Source of the DNA: Spirochaetia bacterium
GTDB taxonomy: Bacteria; Spirochaetota; Spirochaetia; SP-2023
Length of the DNA: 64,000 nucleotides
Direction: 5' to 3'
NCBI GenBank assembly: GCA_965263295.1
Contig: OZ253665.1
Location: 768,001-832,000 of the forward strand
Shown here: one piece after another, positions 63,472 through 64,000 of the stretch
How the letters are laid out: each line of letters begins with the position of its first letter
Numbering within the stretch: position 1 is the first letter of the stretch
Notes under the pieces: generated by a model
Database searches by the model: none
Told to the model about the DNA's origin: nothing
Seen by the model: only the letters and a program-made list of their open reading frames with translations
Program-made: the position numbers and the translations under genes

Positions 63472-64000
63472 AAAAACTCCAGCAAAAACATTGGCGCTGA
63501 TGATCCACCTCATAGTCATGCGGCCAACAAATGCCACATTATCCAGGATGGCGGGGCGTTGCCAAGCCCCGAAATTGGGTAAAGATACAAACAAAATGTT
63601 TATAATTTAATTCTTTTCTGCGGCCAGACCATAAAGATTGCCGCGGGATCTCATGGCTATGAATTAGCTAGTAATGGCCAAACGGGCTTTGCATTTTGTA
63701 CCAAGATTATTTATTTTCCAAGATTTTATTTCTCAATATTTTATTTCCTATTTCCCAAGACAAATACCCAATTGTGTTTGAATCCATGGACTTTCGTGGA
63801 TTTCCTTGGACTTCCTTTAGAAAAAGCCTGTTCATCAAAATTCTGATGCCGATATAACTATAAAAATGCCGAGATGCACATAGGTGATTAGCAAAATCGG
63901 ATTATTCTACAGCAATGGATTGGCGGCCATGGCAGAAAGACAGGCAGCAGAGAAAAACTTGCGCTTGCACAGTTATAATAAGAGCCGCAACCGGGCTAAA

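Overview
Ordinary bacterial chromosomal backbone, most likely from a spirochaete. The inference rests on an alpha2-type GlyRS, the LPLWGKMLN motif in GyrB, spirochaete-style LptD/Lol/cNMP-binding proteins and many lipoproteins. About 45 intact CDSs are present: glyS, sstT, a dhaK-dhaL-glpF-glpK glycerol operon, recO, lepA-cimA-tsaD, a split lolCDE-like operon, sodB, gyrB (no adjacent gyrA), two ATPase-less sugar ABC clusters, rpiB, a pseudouridine synthase, trhO, sdaA, folP-folB-folK and a divergent folE, lptD, a UvrD/Rep helicase, rarA and a beta-barrel protein. I saw no rRNA, tRNA, CRISPR array, integrase or transposase. The most interesting locus is 39.3-43.4 kb. A 1020-aa Ig/PKD-repeat surface lipoprotein is followed by an unannotated orphan fragment resembling its own C-terminus plus a terminator, embedded in a ~1 kb BIME-like mosaic of ACCACGAAA/TTTCGTGGT direct and inverted repeats; this may be a C-terminus swapping system. 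Also missed by the ORF track: a decayed ABC-ATPase + PIN nuclease cassette inside the lol operon, an OsmC remnant after glyS, and a window-wide signature of 10-15 bp tandem micro-duplications. One ORF encodes an unusual VOC-TM-YbjN fusion. All family calls come from motif recognition by eye; no database searches were run.
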